Part shown: positions 8,341 to 17,213 of the stretch, piece by piece
How the letters are laid out: the number at the start of each line of letters is the position of its first letter
How positions within the stretch are numbered: the first letter of the stretch is position 1
Assembly: GCA_903929485.1 (NCBI GenBank)
Contig: CAIYUY010000287.1
Location: forward strand, 38 to 64,037
DNA: 64,000 nt
From: an uncultured Desulfuromonadales bacterium
GTDB lineage: Bacteria > Desulfobacterota > Desulfuromonadia > Geobacterales > CAIOGM01
Reading direction: 5' to 3'
Program-made: the position numbers and the translations under genes
Notes under the pieces: generated by a model
What the model was told of the DNA's origin: nothing
Databases searched by the model: none
What the model saw: only the letters and a program-made list of their open reading frames with translations

Positions 8341-9703
8341 CCGGACGAAACTGCTGCAGGAGCTGGATCAACGCTACGTATGGCACCCCTTCACCCAGAT
8401 GAGCGAATGGGAGGCGGAGCCCCCCATCGTCATCGAAAGGGGGGAGGGTTCCTGGCTGGTGGACACCGACGGCAACCGTTACCTGGACGGGGTTGCCTCC
8501 ATGTGGACCAATGTTCATGGCCATTGCCGCAAGGAGCTGAACGAGGCGCTGAAAGCGCAGGTGGATAAGCTGGAGCACTCCACTCTCCTGGGTTTGGCCA
8601 GTGAGCAGTCCATCCTCCTGGCCCGGCAGCTGGTGGCCATAACTCCGGAGGGGTTGGAGAAGGTCTTTTATTCGGACAACGGTTCCACCGCGGTGGAGGT
8701 GGGGTTGAAGATGGCCTTCCAGTATCAGCAGCACAAGGGTTTTTCAGACAAGAAGAAGTTCATCACCTTCCGTCATGCCTACCACGGGGATACCCTGGGG
8801 GCGGTGAGCGTGGGGGGGATCGACGCTTATCACGAGATCTTTCGTCCGCTCCTCTTCTCCACCATCCAGGCCCCGGCCCCCTACTGCTATCGCTGCGAGT
8901 TGGGGGAGACCGATCCGGCCACCTGCGGCATGGGCTGTCTGACGGAGCTGGGACGGCTCATGGCGGAGCATGCCGGTGAGGTGGCGGGGGTCGTCATGGA
9001 GCCGCTGCTTCAGGGGGCGGGGGGGATGATCGTTCACCCCGCCGGCTTCCTCAAGGGGGTGCGGGAGCTCTGCCGGCGTCACGACATCCTCCTCATCCTG
9101 GACGAGGTGGCCACCGGGTTCGGTCGCACCGGAACAATGTTCGCCTGCCAACGGGAAGGGGTAACCCCCGACATCATGGCCCTCTCCAAGGGGATTACCG
9201 GCGGCTATCTTCCCCTGGCGGCCACGATGACGACCCAGGCGGTGTACGACGCTTTTTTGGGGGAGTACCGGGAGCTGAAGAGCTTCTTTCATGGCCACAC
9301 CTTCACCGGAAATCCCCTGGCCTGCGCCGTGGCCCTGGCCGGCCTGGAACTGTTCGAGAAGGAGAACCTGCTGGAAAACCTGGCGCCCAAGATCGCCTAT
9401 CTGGAGGAGCGGTTGGCCGGGATCTCCCGACTCCTCCATGTGGGAAATGTCCGTTCTTGTGGTATGGTTGGGGGGGTAGAGCTGGTTCGGGCGAAGTCCA
9501 CGCGGGAGGCGTACCCCTGGGAGGAGAAGGTGGGGGTGCGGGTTTGTCGGGAGGCGCGGCGGCGAGGGCTGTTCCTCCGACCGTTAGGCAACATTATCGT
9601 CATCTTTCCCCCCTTGGTCATCACCATGGAGGAGCTGAAGTTTCTCTGTGACGAGGTTGAGGCGGCCATCCGGGTGGTGACGGAGCAGCCTGCGGCAGCA
9701 TAA
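8327..9703 (+). CDS. bioA: Adenosylmethionine-8-amino-7-oxononanoate aminotransferase
   Basis: 458 aa class III aminotransferase (ILLILDEVATGFGRTG, ALSKGITGGY). The likely true start is the TTG at 8333, 7 nt after AAGGAG. Confidence 0.93.
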   Translation: MALSDRTKLLQELDQRYVWHPFTQMSEWEAEPPIVIERGEGSWLVDTDGNRYLDGVASMWTNVHGHCRKELNEALKAQVDKLEHSTLLGLASEQSILLARQLVAITPEGLEKVFYSDNGSTAVEVGLKMAFQYQQHKGFSDKKKFITFRHAYHGDTLGAVSVGGIDAYHEIFRPLLFSTIQAPAPYCYRCELGETDPATCGMGCLTELGRLMAEHAGEVAGVVMEPLLQGAGGMIVHPAGFLKGVRELCRRHDILLILDEVATGFGRTGTMFACQREGVTPDIMALSKGITGGYLPLAATMTTQAVYDAFLGEYRELKSFFHGHTFTGNPLACAVALAGLELFEKENLLENLAPKIAYLEERLAGISRLLHVGNVRSCGMVGGVELVRAKSTREAYPWEEKVGVRVCREARRRGLFLRPLGNIIVIFPPLVITMEELKFLCDEVEAAIRVVTEQPAAA

Positions 9704-10258
9704 CCTTTTTCACTGGAATCGCCACCACGTTCTCCGTGTCCGTTTACCGTATCCTGTCGTTTCTTTTCATCTGCTTCATGGTCAAACTCCGGGCTCGCAA
9801 CCCCTTCGGGCCCCCCATGCTCAGCCTTGAGAACCTCCCAATCCGTTTCCGGGAATCCCCTTATTTCAAAAGTCAGTTTGTCCAATTGCCTGGTTCCGTC
9901 ATCCGGAAGTTCCCGGGAAAGGAGGCTCCATTCCATCCCCGCGAACTTTTCCCCTTCCGGACGACAGATACTCATTCCCCGTCCTGCGATGTGAAATGCT
10001 CCGCGATAATCAACCGTGGGGATGTGGTTTTAGGACACCAGAACTCGCTGAGTACGTGCAAAAGAAAACTGCATACCCCTCCGCCGCGAATTAATTAGAA
10101 CAAGGGATGATGATGCGTTATACTAATGGATATCTCCATGCCGTGGTTGTGAAAGGGGGGAATGCGGGGTTTTTTCGCTAGATTACCAAGCCTGTCATGG
10201 TTGATGAATTCATGGCGGGAGTAAGGGCGGCACTGAAACCGACAAAAAGAGGCGAGTC

Positions 10259-11410
10259 ATGACCGAAAGCGGGCGACAGAAAGCAGCGAACATCCTCATC
10301 GTGGACGACAAGCCCGCCAATCTCCTCCTGCTGGAGAAGATGCTTGCGGGCCGTGGGTATCGCCCACGGCCGGTTCTCAGCGGTGCTTCGGCGCTGCGAG
10401 AGGCCCGCTGGGAACCACCCGATTTGATCCTCCTGGATATCAACATGCCGGAGATGGACGGCTATGAACTTTGCCGACAACTTAAAGCCGACGCGACGCT
10501 GAAAGATATTCCCGTCATTTTCATCAGTGCATTGAACGAAACCATGGACAAGGTGAAAGCATTTCGGGTGGGGGGAGTGGATTACCTGACGAAGCCTTTC
10601 CAGTTGGAGGAGGTTCATGCGCGGGTGGATACTCACCTGAATATACATAAGTTGCAACGGCAGCTTCTGGATCATAACGGGAGTCTGGAGGCATTGGTGG
10701 CGCAGCGGACCAGCGAACTGGCTCAAGCGTACGAACGGTGCCGGGAACTGAGCCGGCTTAAGGATGATTTTCTCAGGATGGTTTCCCATGAGATGCGTAC
10801 CCCCGCCAATGGCGTACTGGGTATCGGCGCTCTGTTGCTGGATCTCTGTCCCGCCTCCTCGGAGCGAACCCTGTATGACTCCCTCTTCCAGCAAAGCTCC
10901 TTGCGCCTGCGCAATCTCATTGAAGATGCATCCATGATCGCCATGATAGAAAAGCAAACGGTGAGCAACGAAGCTGTGGCGTCATTCACCGAACTCCTGG
11001 CGGAGGTCACCGAATCGCTCCCGGAGATACAACTCACCCTTGAACCGTCGGCGTTGTCGGAGAGCTTTTACCCCAAAGGTGATGGCCGGTTGCTCACCAG
11101 AGCACTGAAATCGATGATCATTCTCTCCACGTATTTCTCCCGCAGCAGGGAGAGCGCCCGGATGACGGGAACCGTTACGGATCAGGTACTCCGGGTGCGT
11201 CTGGACCTGGACGCCCTGGCGCTCTCAGCTGAACAGCTGCTGGAGTTTTTTGAAATAGAATCCAGAGTCAGATCGGGCTCTTCCGCTGAATCGCTGGGAT
11301 TGGCCCCTGTTGTCGCCCATCGAATAATCTCCGCTTTCGGCGGCTCGCTCCGGCTGGTCAAGGAGAACGGGACGAAGGGGTATCTGGAGGCCATGTTTCT
11401 TCAAGAATGA
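10259..11410 (+). CDS. Response-regulator receiver fused to a HisKA dimerisation domain and a degenerate HATPase-like C-terminus
   Basis: REC motifs are present (ILIVDD, LILLDINMPEMDG, KPF), as is the H-box MVSHEMRTPANG. The C-terminal region lacks clear N and G1 boxes. Confidence 0.85.
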   Translation: MTESGRQKAANILIVDDKPANLLLLEKMLAGRGYRPRPVLSGASALREARWEPPDLILLDINMPEMDGYELCRQLKADATLKDIPVIFISALNETMDKVKAFRVGGVDYLTKPFQLEEVHARVDTHLNIHKLQRQLLDHNGSLEALVAQRTSELAQAYERCRELSRLKDDFLRMVSHEMRTPANGVLGIGALLLDLCPASSERTLYDSLFQQSSLRLRNLIEDASMIAMIEKQTVSNEAVASFTELLAEVTESLPEIQLTLEPSALSESFYPKGDGRLLTRALKSMIILSTYFSRSRESARMTGTVTDQVLRVRLDLDALALSAEQLLEFFEIESRVRSGSSAESLGLAPVVAHRIISAFGGSLRLVKENGTKGYLEAMFLQE

Positions 11411-11473
11411 ATGGCGAACGGCTTGGGAGAACAGCAGCGATTTTAGGCCGCAGCCTCCTTGTCGCGAATTACC

Positions 11474-11812
11474 TTACGGGTGGCCGCACGTTTGCTCTCT
11501 TACTCCCTCGTCCCAGGCCGTAAGCATCCGGCTTCCCACCTCTCGAAACTCCGGGTGATCCGTCATGCGGGTAGCCAGGAGAGCACGGGTATCGTTCACT
11601 GCCTCCGCCATCTCTTGGAAAATTCGACCTATCTTACCCACCGGTAAAAGGAGGTGTGTGACCGCGAACCTCTCCAGTGTCTTTCGCTGCCACCATTTCT
11701 TGGTTCCCGCCAGAGATAACGCCGGAACATCACGGGGAATGTCGGCAACGGTCGTCACAATATCGTACAGAGGCGCCAAGCGTACCTGTTGCCCGGGGCG
11801 CCCGTGGAGCAC
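11474..11812 (-). pseudogene. HipA-family kinase toxin, C-terminal fragment only
   Basis: RLAPLYDIVTT matches the conserved HipA_C LAPAYD segment. An in-frame TAA lies immediately upstream, and no N-terminal or catalytic-loop region is detectable. Confidence 0.6.
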
Positions 11813-12003
11813 GCCGAACGAATTCTTTTAGCGTCTTGACTGAGTTGCGGGATCGGAGCAGAACGCCCCTTCCGGGGCGACTCTCCCGGAATTACCCCGG
11901 AAGGGGAGGGTGGGGAATAAGGATAGTGTAAAGCAGTTGACCCCCTCCGTCTGTCGGGGTATAGTGACATCCTTTCAAGATAGACTCACTTAAGGTGGAT
12001 TGC

Positions 12004-13374
12004 ATGGCGACAGAAGGAGGAAAACGGCTCCCGCCGCAGAGTATCGAGGCGGAGATGTCGGTCCTGGGTGGCATTCTCCTGGAAAACGAAGCGATCAACC
12101 AGGTTCTTGAACTCCTGACGGCCGAGGATTTCTACCGGGAGCCCCATCGGAAGATCTTCAAGGCGATGCTGGAGCTGAGCGAACACCGGGAGCCGTGCGA
12201 TTTTATCACCCTCACCATGATGCTGAAGAAGCGGGGCGATCTGGATGAGGCGGGAGGCGGCGCTTATCTGGCGACCCTGGTGGACTACGTCCCCACTGCC
12301 GCCAATATCGCTTACTACTGCAAAATAGTTAAGGAAAAATCCATTGCTCGGAAGCTCATCAACGCCTCTACCGATATCATCACCCAGGGTTACGATGAAC
12401 AGACCGACCTGACGGAACTTCTGGACCGGGCCCAGCGGGTGGTTCTTGAAATATCGGAAAACCAGCTGAAGCGGGCCTTTTATGAGATCAAGGGGCTCTT
12501 GAAGGATACTTTCAAGTCGCTGGAGGAGCTCTGCGAGCGCCAGGATCATATCACCGGCGTCCCCAGCGGTTTTACCGATCTGGATAAGATGACCGCCGGT
12601 TTCCAACGGGGTGACCTCATCATCATCGCCGGTCGCCCCTCCATGGGGAAGACCGCCTTTGCCCTGAATATCGCCCAGTATGCCGCCATCCATGCGGCTA
12701 CACCGGTGTCCGTGGCGGTCTTCTCACTGGAAATGAGCAAGGAGCAGCTTGCCATGCGGCTCCTCTGCTCCGAATCGCGCATTGATGCTTCGCGAATGCG
12801 CACCGGGAACCTGGCTGAAGGGGACTGGAGCAAGCTCACCAAGGGGGCGGAGTCACTTTCCAGCGGCAAGATTTTCATCGACGACACCCCCGCCATCACC
12901 TCCACGGAGATGCGGGCCAAGGTTCGTCGCCTCAAAGCCGAGCATGGGGTCGGGATGGTGGTGGTTGACTATCTCCAGCTCATGAGAGGCGGAGACCGGA
13001 TCGAATCCCGCCAGCAGGAGATCTCCGAAATTTCCCGTTCCCTCAAGGCTTTGGCCAAGGAGCTGAGTATCCCGGTGGTGGCTCTTTCCCAGCTCAACCG
13101 GAGTTTGGAGAGCCGCACCGACAAACGCCCCATGATGAGTGATCTGCGGGAATCGGGAGCCATAGAGCAGGATGCCGATGTCATAGCCTTCGTCTATCGG
13201 GAAGCGGTTTACTGCGAGGATTGCCGCAAGAGGGATAACTCCTGTACCCTGGGGCATGAGCGGGACGCGGAGGTCATTATAGGCAAGCAGCGTAACGGTC
13301 CCATCGGCACGGTGCAGATGATCTTCTGTGGGGAGTACACCAAGTTCGAGAACCGGGCCCGGGACGAATACTAA
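12004..13374 (+). CDS. dnaB: Replicative DNA helicase DnaB
   Basis: PPQSIEAEMSVLGG at the N-terminus and the Walker A GRPSMGKTAFAL. The ATG at 12004 follows AAGGTGG; the track ORF begins at a GTG at 11995. Confidence 0.95.
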   Translation: MATEGGKRLPPQSIEAEMSVLGGILLENEAINQVLELLTAEDFYREPHRKIFKAMLELSEHREPCDFITLTMMLKKRGDLDEAGGGAYLATLVDYVPTAANIAYYCKIVKEKSIARKLINASTDIITQGYDEQTDLTELLDRAQRVVLEISENQLKRAFYEIKGLLKDTFKSLEELCERQDHITGVPSGFTDLDKMTAGFQRGDLIIIAGRPSMGKTAFALNIAQYAAIHAATPVSVAVFSLEMSKEQLAMRLLCSESRIDASRMRTGNLAEGDWSKLTKGAESLSSGKIFIDDTPAITSTEMRAKVRRLKAEHGVGMVVVDYLQLMRGGDRIESRQQEISEISRSLKALAKELSIPVVALSQLNRSLESRTDKRPMMSDLRESGAIEQDADVIAFVYREAVYCEDCRKRDNSCTLGHERDAEVIIGKQRNGPIGTVQMIFCGEYTKFENRARDEY

Positions 13375-13379
13375 ACACT

Positions 13380-13447
13380 GTGAATAGTGAATGGTGAATA
13401 GTGAAAAAAGCCTTTGATCTATTCACCATTCACCATTCACTATTCAC
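13380..13447. repeat. Palindromic (REP-like) element: GTGAATAGTGAATGGTGAATAGTGAA, a loop, then TTCACCATTCACCATTCACTATTCAC. Probable terminator.
   Basis: Long hairpin read directly. A related copy lies at 39156-39208. Confidence 0.85.
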
Positions 13448-13465
13448 ATTACTGAGGAGAAAACA

Positions 13466-14773
13466 ATGACCGAATATACGCCCATGAAAAATCTTCCCGC
13501 CGCGCCCGGATACAAGAAGGGGGATCTGTTCGTCCTTTTCGGGGAACTGTTCGGCAGAGGGTACGCCAACGGTATCGTGGATGAGGCGCGTCGCGCCGGA
13601 ATGACCGTCGTGGGAGCAACCGTGGGGCGTCGTGACAACGGCGGTGAACTTCGCCCCCTGACCGCCGAGGAGTTGGCCGAGGCTGAGGCGAATCTGGGAG
13701 GGAAGATCATCAACGTCCCCCTGGAGGCCGGGTTTGACCTGGAGCCGGGCGCCGATGGTCTTTCGCCGGTGGAGCGTTTGAAGGGGATTAAGCCCGATGA
13801 TTGGGCATCGGTGCGCTTCGGAGAAGGGGTTCTGGAGGAGTCCAGGCAGCGTGGAGCCCAACGGTTCATGGCTCAGCTGGAGAAGTTCGTCAGCGAGCTG
13901 ACCCCGTTGGCGCCGGTAGGGGGATCTATTCTCTTCGCCCATACCATGGCCGGCGGCATCCCCCGGACACGGCTCTTCATGCCTCTGCTCAACCGGATCT
14001 TCAAGGGGACGGGAGCGAAATTTCTTCCCTCCGAGCCTTTCTGGAATTCGGAGTTGGGGCGATTCTGCCGGCTCAATTTCAATGAAGTGACCGGCGATAC
14101 CTTTGGTCGCCTCATTGAGCAGACGGCAACGATGAGAGCCGGAGTCGAAGCCGGTGGCGGCACGGTTCGTTACGTGGCTTATGGTTACCACGGCTGTGGG
14201 GTGCTTCTGGGGGACGAGTATGTATGGCAGAGCTATACTCCCTATGTTCAGGGTGAGGCCAAGATGCGGTTGGAGGATATCGCCGTGGCGGCGACTCGTA
14301 ACGGGATCATTGCCGCTGTCTACAACTGTCCGGAGATCCAGACCAATTCCAGCGCCCTCTTTCTGGGGGTTGAGTTGTCTCTTTATCCGTTCCTGGCGGC
14401 TCTGGAGCGGGAAGGGGGTGGCCCGGTGGCGGAACAGGCCCGGCGGGATTGCGCGGCGCTCCTGAAGGAGGGGGAAACCCTGGAACGGATGCTGGCGGAG
14501 GCCGAGGAGTACCTTTGCGCGCCGCTCATGGTGGAGTATCGTGATTTCGCCGGCTGGCCCCAGCATAACGGTAAGGAGCAGATGGCGTTCATGCTGGAGC
14601 GGTCACAAGAACTTATGGCCATGAGCGCCGATCAGAAACGGGTGGTCTGCGCCGAACTCTCTCGTCTGGTCTTTCAAGGGGTCGGCCGTTTGATGTTTGA
14701 CGACTCCTGGGCTCCCCAGGGGCCGGTCCTCTGGCTTAACCATGATATCATCGCCCGGCGCCTGGTTGCCTGA
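13466..14773 (+). CDS. Conserved-looking hypothetical protein with no domain recognised
   Basis: 435-aa uninterrupted frame with host-like codon/GC pattern. A GAGGAG RBS lies 8 nt upstream. Confidence 0.75.
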   Translation: MTEYTPMKNLPAAPGYKKGDLFVLFGELFGRGYANGIVDEARRAGMTVVGATVGRRDNGGELRPLTAEELAEAEANLGGKIINVPLEAGFDLEPGADGLSPVERLKGIKPDDWASVRFGEGVLEESRQRGAQRFMAQLEKFVSELTPLAPVGGSILFAHTMAGGIPRTRLFMPLLNRIFKGTGAKFLPSEPFWNSELGRFCRLNFNEVTGDTFGRLIEQTATMRAGVEAGGGTVRYVAYGYHGCGVLLGDEYVWQSYTPYVQGEAKMRLEDIAVAATRNGIIAAVYNCPEIQTNSSALFLGVELSLYPFLAALEREGGGPVAEQARRDCAALLKEGETLERMLAEAEEYLCAPLMVEYRDFAGWPQHNGKEQMAFMLERSQELMAMSADQKRVVCAELSRLVFQGVGRLMFDDSWAPQGPVLWLNHDIIARRLVA

Positions 14774-14947
14774 AGCGGGGTGGCTCCTCCTGAATTTTCT
14801 TGAGATTTTTCGCGTTTTTCTGCATTATACGCAGCTGTGTCAATAAAGAGCGTCCCGGTGGTGGGCTGATTTTTCCAGGTTTAAGGGTTTTTACGAATAA
14901 ATACCTCAGGATGAGCATTCTGGGAATTACAAGGAGGACGAAACGAG

Positions 14948-15580
14948 ATGCAACAGTTTGACGTGAGCAAGGATATCTGGACGCTGATTGTGATGAACGC
15001 CCAGGTGGATTATTGTGACGAAGAAAAGGGGTCGCGTGTTGTTGAGGGGGTCTCGGGTGATCTTGCCATGGATATGGTTACCGATAACATCGTGGCGCTG
15101 ATCGCCAAGCCGTTCAGGAGAATCGTCGTTTCCAACGATATTCACCCTCGGCGCCCTGATCACATGGAGAACGTGGAGCAGAGCCTGGCCGGCGAGAAGA
15201 GTCACTGCATAGAACGGACCCCCGGCGTTCACCTGATTCCCAAGATAGAGCAGGCGCTGGTGGGCAGGTCCTCACGGCCGGTACGCAAGGGGGAGCATCC
15301 GAGCCTGATCTGCAACTCCATCGGGACGAGCCCCGAGTTCAGCACCCATGTCTCCACCCTCCGTGGTCTTCACGTCAAGCACGTGGTGGTCTGCGGCTTC
15401 CCCTTCGCTTCGGCGGTGGCCATGACCGCCATTGAGCATATCAATCAGGAATTCGAGCATGTGTACGTGGTGACGGACGCTACCCGCAGCGATGCGGCGC
15501 CCAGCAAAAGTCCCGAGAATATGAAAAAGGCGCTGGAATTGCTGGGGGTGGAACTGGTCACGACCAAAGACTTCAAGTAA
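14948..15580 (+). CDS. Isochorismatase/nicotinamidase-fold protein, possibly catalytically degenerate
   Basis: Fold-typical blocks are present: LIVMNAQVDYC, SNDIHP, HCIERTPG, VVVCGFPFASAVAMTA, YVVTDA. The usual Asp and Cys positions appear to be Asn and Ala. Confidence 0.6.
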   Translation: MQQFDVSKDIWTLIVMNAQVDYCDEEKGSRVVEGVSGDLAMDMVTDNIVALIAKPFRRIVVSNDIHPRRPDHMENVEQSLAGEKSHCIERTPGVHLIPKIEQALVGRSSRPVRKGEHPSLICNSIGTSPEFSTHVSTLRGLHVKHVVVCGFPFASAVAMTAIEHINQEFEHVYVVTDATRSDAAPSKSPENMKKALELLGVELVTTKDFK

Positions 15581-15602
15581 CCATGAGCGACATGAGTAAC
15601 GA

Positions 15603-15637
15603 AACGCCCCGCTTCCGGATTCCGGCAGCGGGGCGTT
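15603..15637 (+). terminator. Stem-loop AACGCCCCGC-N15-GCGGGGCGTT downstream of the 14948-15580 gene
   Basis: 10-bp GC-rich stem read directly. Confidence 0.6.
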
Positions 15638-15653
15638 GTGCGTTTGTGTCATC

Positions 15654-15693
15654 GGCATAGTAGGGGCACGGCGCGCCGTGCCCCTACTATGCC
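15654..15693. terminator. Perfect 40-nt palindrome GGCATAGTAGGGGCACGGCG/CGCCGTGCCCCTACTATGCC between convergent genes
   Basis: Read directly. It overlaps the higA stop codon (15687-15689). Confidence 0.7.
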
Positions 15694-16001
15694 GCTTGAA
15701 GCATCCGGATCTGCTCCAGTTCCCGGTTTAATTCTTTTCCCGCTTGCCACAGGTCAACCGCCCGTTGTGCGTTGAGCCAGAATTCAGGGCTGTTGCCGAA
15801 CAGTCGGGAAAGCCTTAACGCCATGGAAGGGCTCAGGGCGCGTCGTTCTCGGAGCAGTTCATTGATAGTCTGACGCGACACCCCAAGCGCTCGGGCCAAG
15901 GTGCCAACAGTTAATCCGTAGTCAGGCATATACTCTTCACGCAGCATGACGCCGGGATGAGTCGGGGGTATTTCACGTATGCCGGTATTGGGAATGTTCA
16001 T
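15687..16001 (-). CDS. higA: HigA-family antitoxin (XRE helix-turn-helix)
   Basis: HPGVMLREEYM and the HTH LARALGVSRQTINELLRERRALSPSMALRL are present, plus the FWLNAQ motif. The ATG at 16001 is preferred over the TTG at 16013. Confidence 0.9.
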   Translation of the reverse strand: MNIPNTGIREIPPTHPGVMLREEYMPDYGLTVGTLARALGVSRQTINELLRERRALSPSMALRLSRLFGNSPEFWLNAQRAVDLWQAGKELNRELEQIRMLQAA

Positions 16002-16009
16002 GATGGACC

Positions 16010-16291
16010 TCAATGATAATCGGTAATTTCCACGTCACAGGCGTCGCCATCTACCCAGTAGAAACAGATCCGCCACTGAGCGTTAATAGCTATGGAGTGT
16101 TGTCCGGAGCGGTCATCCTTTAACGCGTGGAGTCGATTGCTTGGCGGGACCTTGAGATCGTCAAGTTTTGACGCCAGGTCAATATATTCAAGTCGTCGGA
16201 TGGCGTGACCAGTGACATCAGGAGGAAGTCGTTTTGACCTTCCCGTTCTGTAGAGTTGCTCCGTATGTTTGTCCCCAAAAGAGCTGATCAT
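16010..16291 (-). CDS. higB: HigB toxin (RelE/ParE superfamily, plasmid maintenance killer type)
   Basis: 93 aa with FGDKHTEQLY...LHALKDDRSGQHSIAINAQWRICF...ITDYH. The toxin-first order is typical of higBA. Confidence 0.9.
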   Translation of the reverse strand: MISSFGDKHTEQLYRTGRSKRLPPDVTGHAIRRLEYIDLASKLDDLKVPPSNRLHALKDDRSGQHSIAINAQWRICFYWVDGDACDVEITDYH

Positions 16292-16518
16292 GCCGCTATT
16301 TTAACTTGTCACGTGATGCGTGTCAAGCGGGAGAGAACATTTGAAGCTGCGTGGTACACAAGGTTGTTATTGGCGAGCGATATTTTATTCTGGTAGTCGT
16401 TGGGTGCGCACGGCTTCATGGTGCGCGCTAAAAACCCGTATGCACCCTACGCTTGCTTATAAGGATTGTCATTCCCGAGGGTTTAATCGGGAATCCGGAT
16501 GTTGAAAACCATGGAACT

Positions 16519-16553
16519 AACGCTCCGCTTCCGATCTTCGGAAGCGGAGCGTT
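16519..16553 (-). terminator. Hairpin AACGCTCCGCTTCCGA/TCGGAAGCGGAGCGTT immediately 3' of pyc remnant 1
   Basis: Read directly. It occupies the same position relative to the stop codon as the terminators of the other two pyc copies, but has a different sequence. Confidence 0.65.
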
Positions 16554-16576
16554 TTCACTTGTCATTTGAAAGAGCG

Positions 16577-16755
16577 TTACGCCAGCACGATGAGGAGGTC
16601 TTCCTTCTTTACCTTTTCCGCTTCCTTGAACTTCACCTCGGCGATGACACTATCTTCCTTGGCTTTGGGGTTGGTCTCCATCTTTATGGCCTCGGTGACC
16701 ATGAGGACATCGCGCACGGTCACCGACCGGGCATTGCCGTTCAGTTCGAAATAAC
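16577..16755 (-). pseudogene. Pyruvate carboxylase 3'-end remnant 1 (biotinyl domain tail with an internal deletion)
   Basis: It translates to YFELNGNARSVTVRD fused directly to VLMVTEAIKMETN...LLIVLA*. About 45 codons present in the intact copy are missing. Confidence 0.85.
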
Positions 16756-16756
16756 T

Positions 16757-16852
16757 CTGCTGGAAGATGTCGATATCACCGGCGCCAAGGGGGTTCTCGT
16801 CAACATCTGCTCTGCGGAAAAAAATCGACTGACCCTGGAGTGCCGGTGCTGA
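16757..16852 (+). pseudogene. Short FtsZ-like fragment (LLEDVDITGAKGVLVNI...RL...)
   Basis: About 13 of 17 residues are identical to the FtsZ segment [17 protein letters not shown] as I recall it. The fragment abuts pyc remnant 1 and has no start codon of its own. Confidence 0.4.
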
Positions 16853-17213
16853 CCGGGAGCAATAAGGAGGGGGGCAGGCGATGGAGTTGAGGGTCTTCGG
16901 TGGGCTCCTCAGGTTCACCCGGGTGTGGGTGGAGCGGGAGGGTTTTACGGGGAAGTCGATGCTCTGGCAGTGGTTCTGCTCGGATTCCACCGACTTCACC
17001 GGGTTCGTCGGCCACGTTGCGGCGGAATTCGTCTGCATGATCGGGCTGCCGGAAGAATGCCGGAGTTTTGTTACGGCACAGCTCCGCGAGTTTTTGGGCA
17101 AGGCTTCCAGATACCCGGCTGATCCGCATAATGCACAAAATATCTTCTTGCTTCAGGTGTGTTTGATATGGTATGGAATTAAATCAACACATTGGCTGCA
17201 GTATGGAGGATGT

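Noticed and set aside
9397-9975. 192-aa minus-strand ORF in the bioA / response-regulator intergenic region
   Set aside because: About 300 nt of it runs antisense through the bioA 3' end with no independent stop, and it has no recognisable motif or RBS. A short real gene starting near 9933-9975 cannot be excluded, but the sequence does not support one.
16303-16328. Possible HigA operator (CTTGTCACGTGATGCGTGTCAAG, containing the palindrome TCACGTGA) upstream of higB
   Set aside because: The location is plausible, but the inverted repeat is short and imperfect. I could not distinguish it from chance, so it is not listed as a feature.
16850-17130. Further FtsZ-like coding signal continuing from the 16757-16852 fragment (e.g. 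GEVDALAVVLLGF resembling the FtsZ C-terminal strand)
   Set aside because: The similarity is too weak and is interrupted by a stop codon. Only the first ~30 codons are convincing.
16881-17213. N-terminal extension of the HNH ORF as given in the track
   Set aside because: This part is GC-rich DNA contiguous with the pyc remnant and FtsZ-fragment junk. The sharp switch to AT-rich composition and a GGAGGA RBS favour the ATG at 17214.
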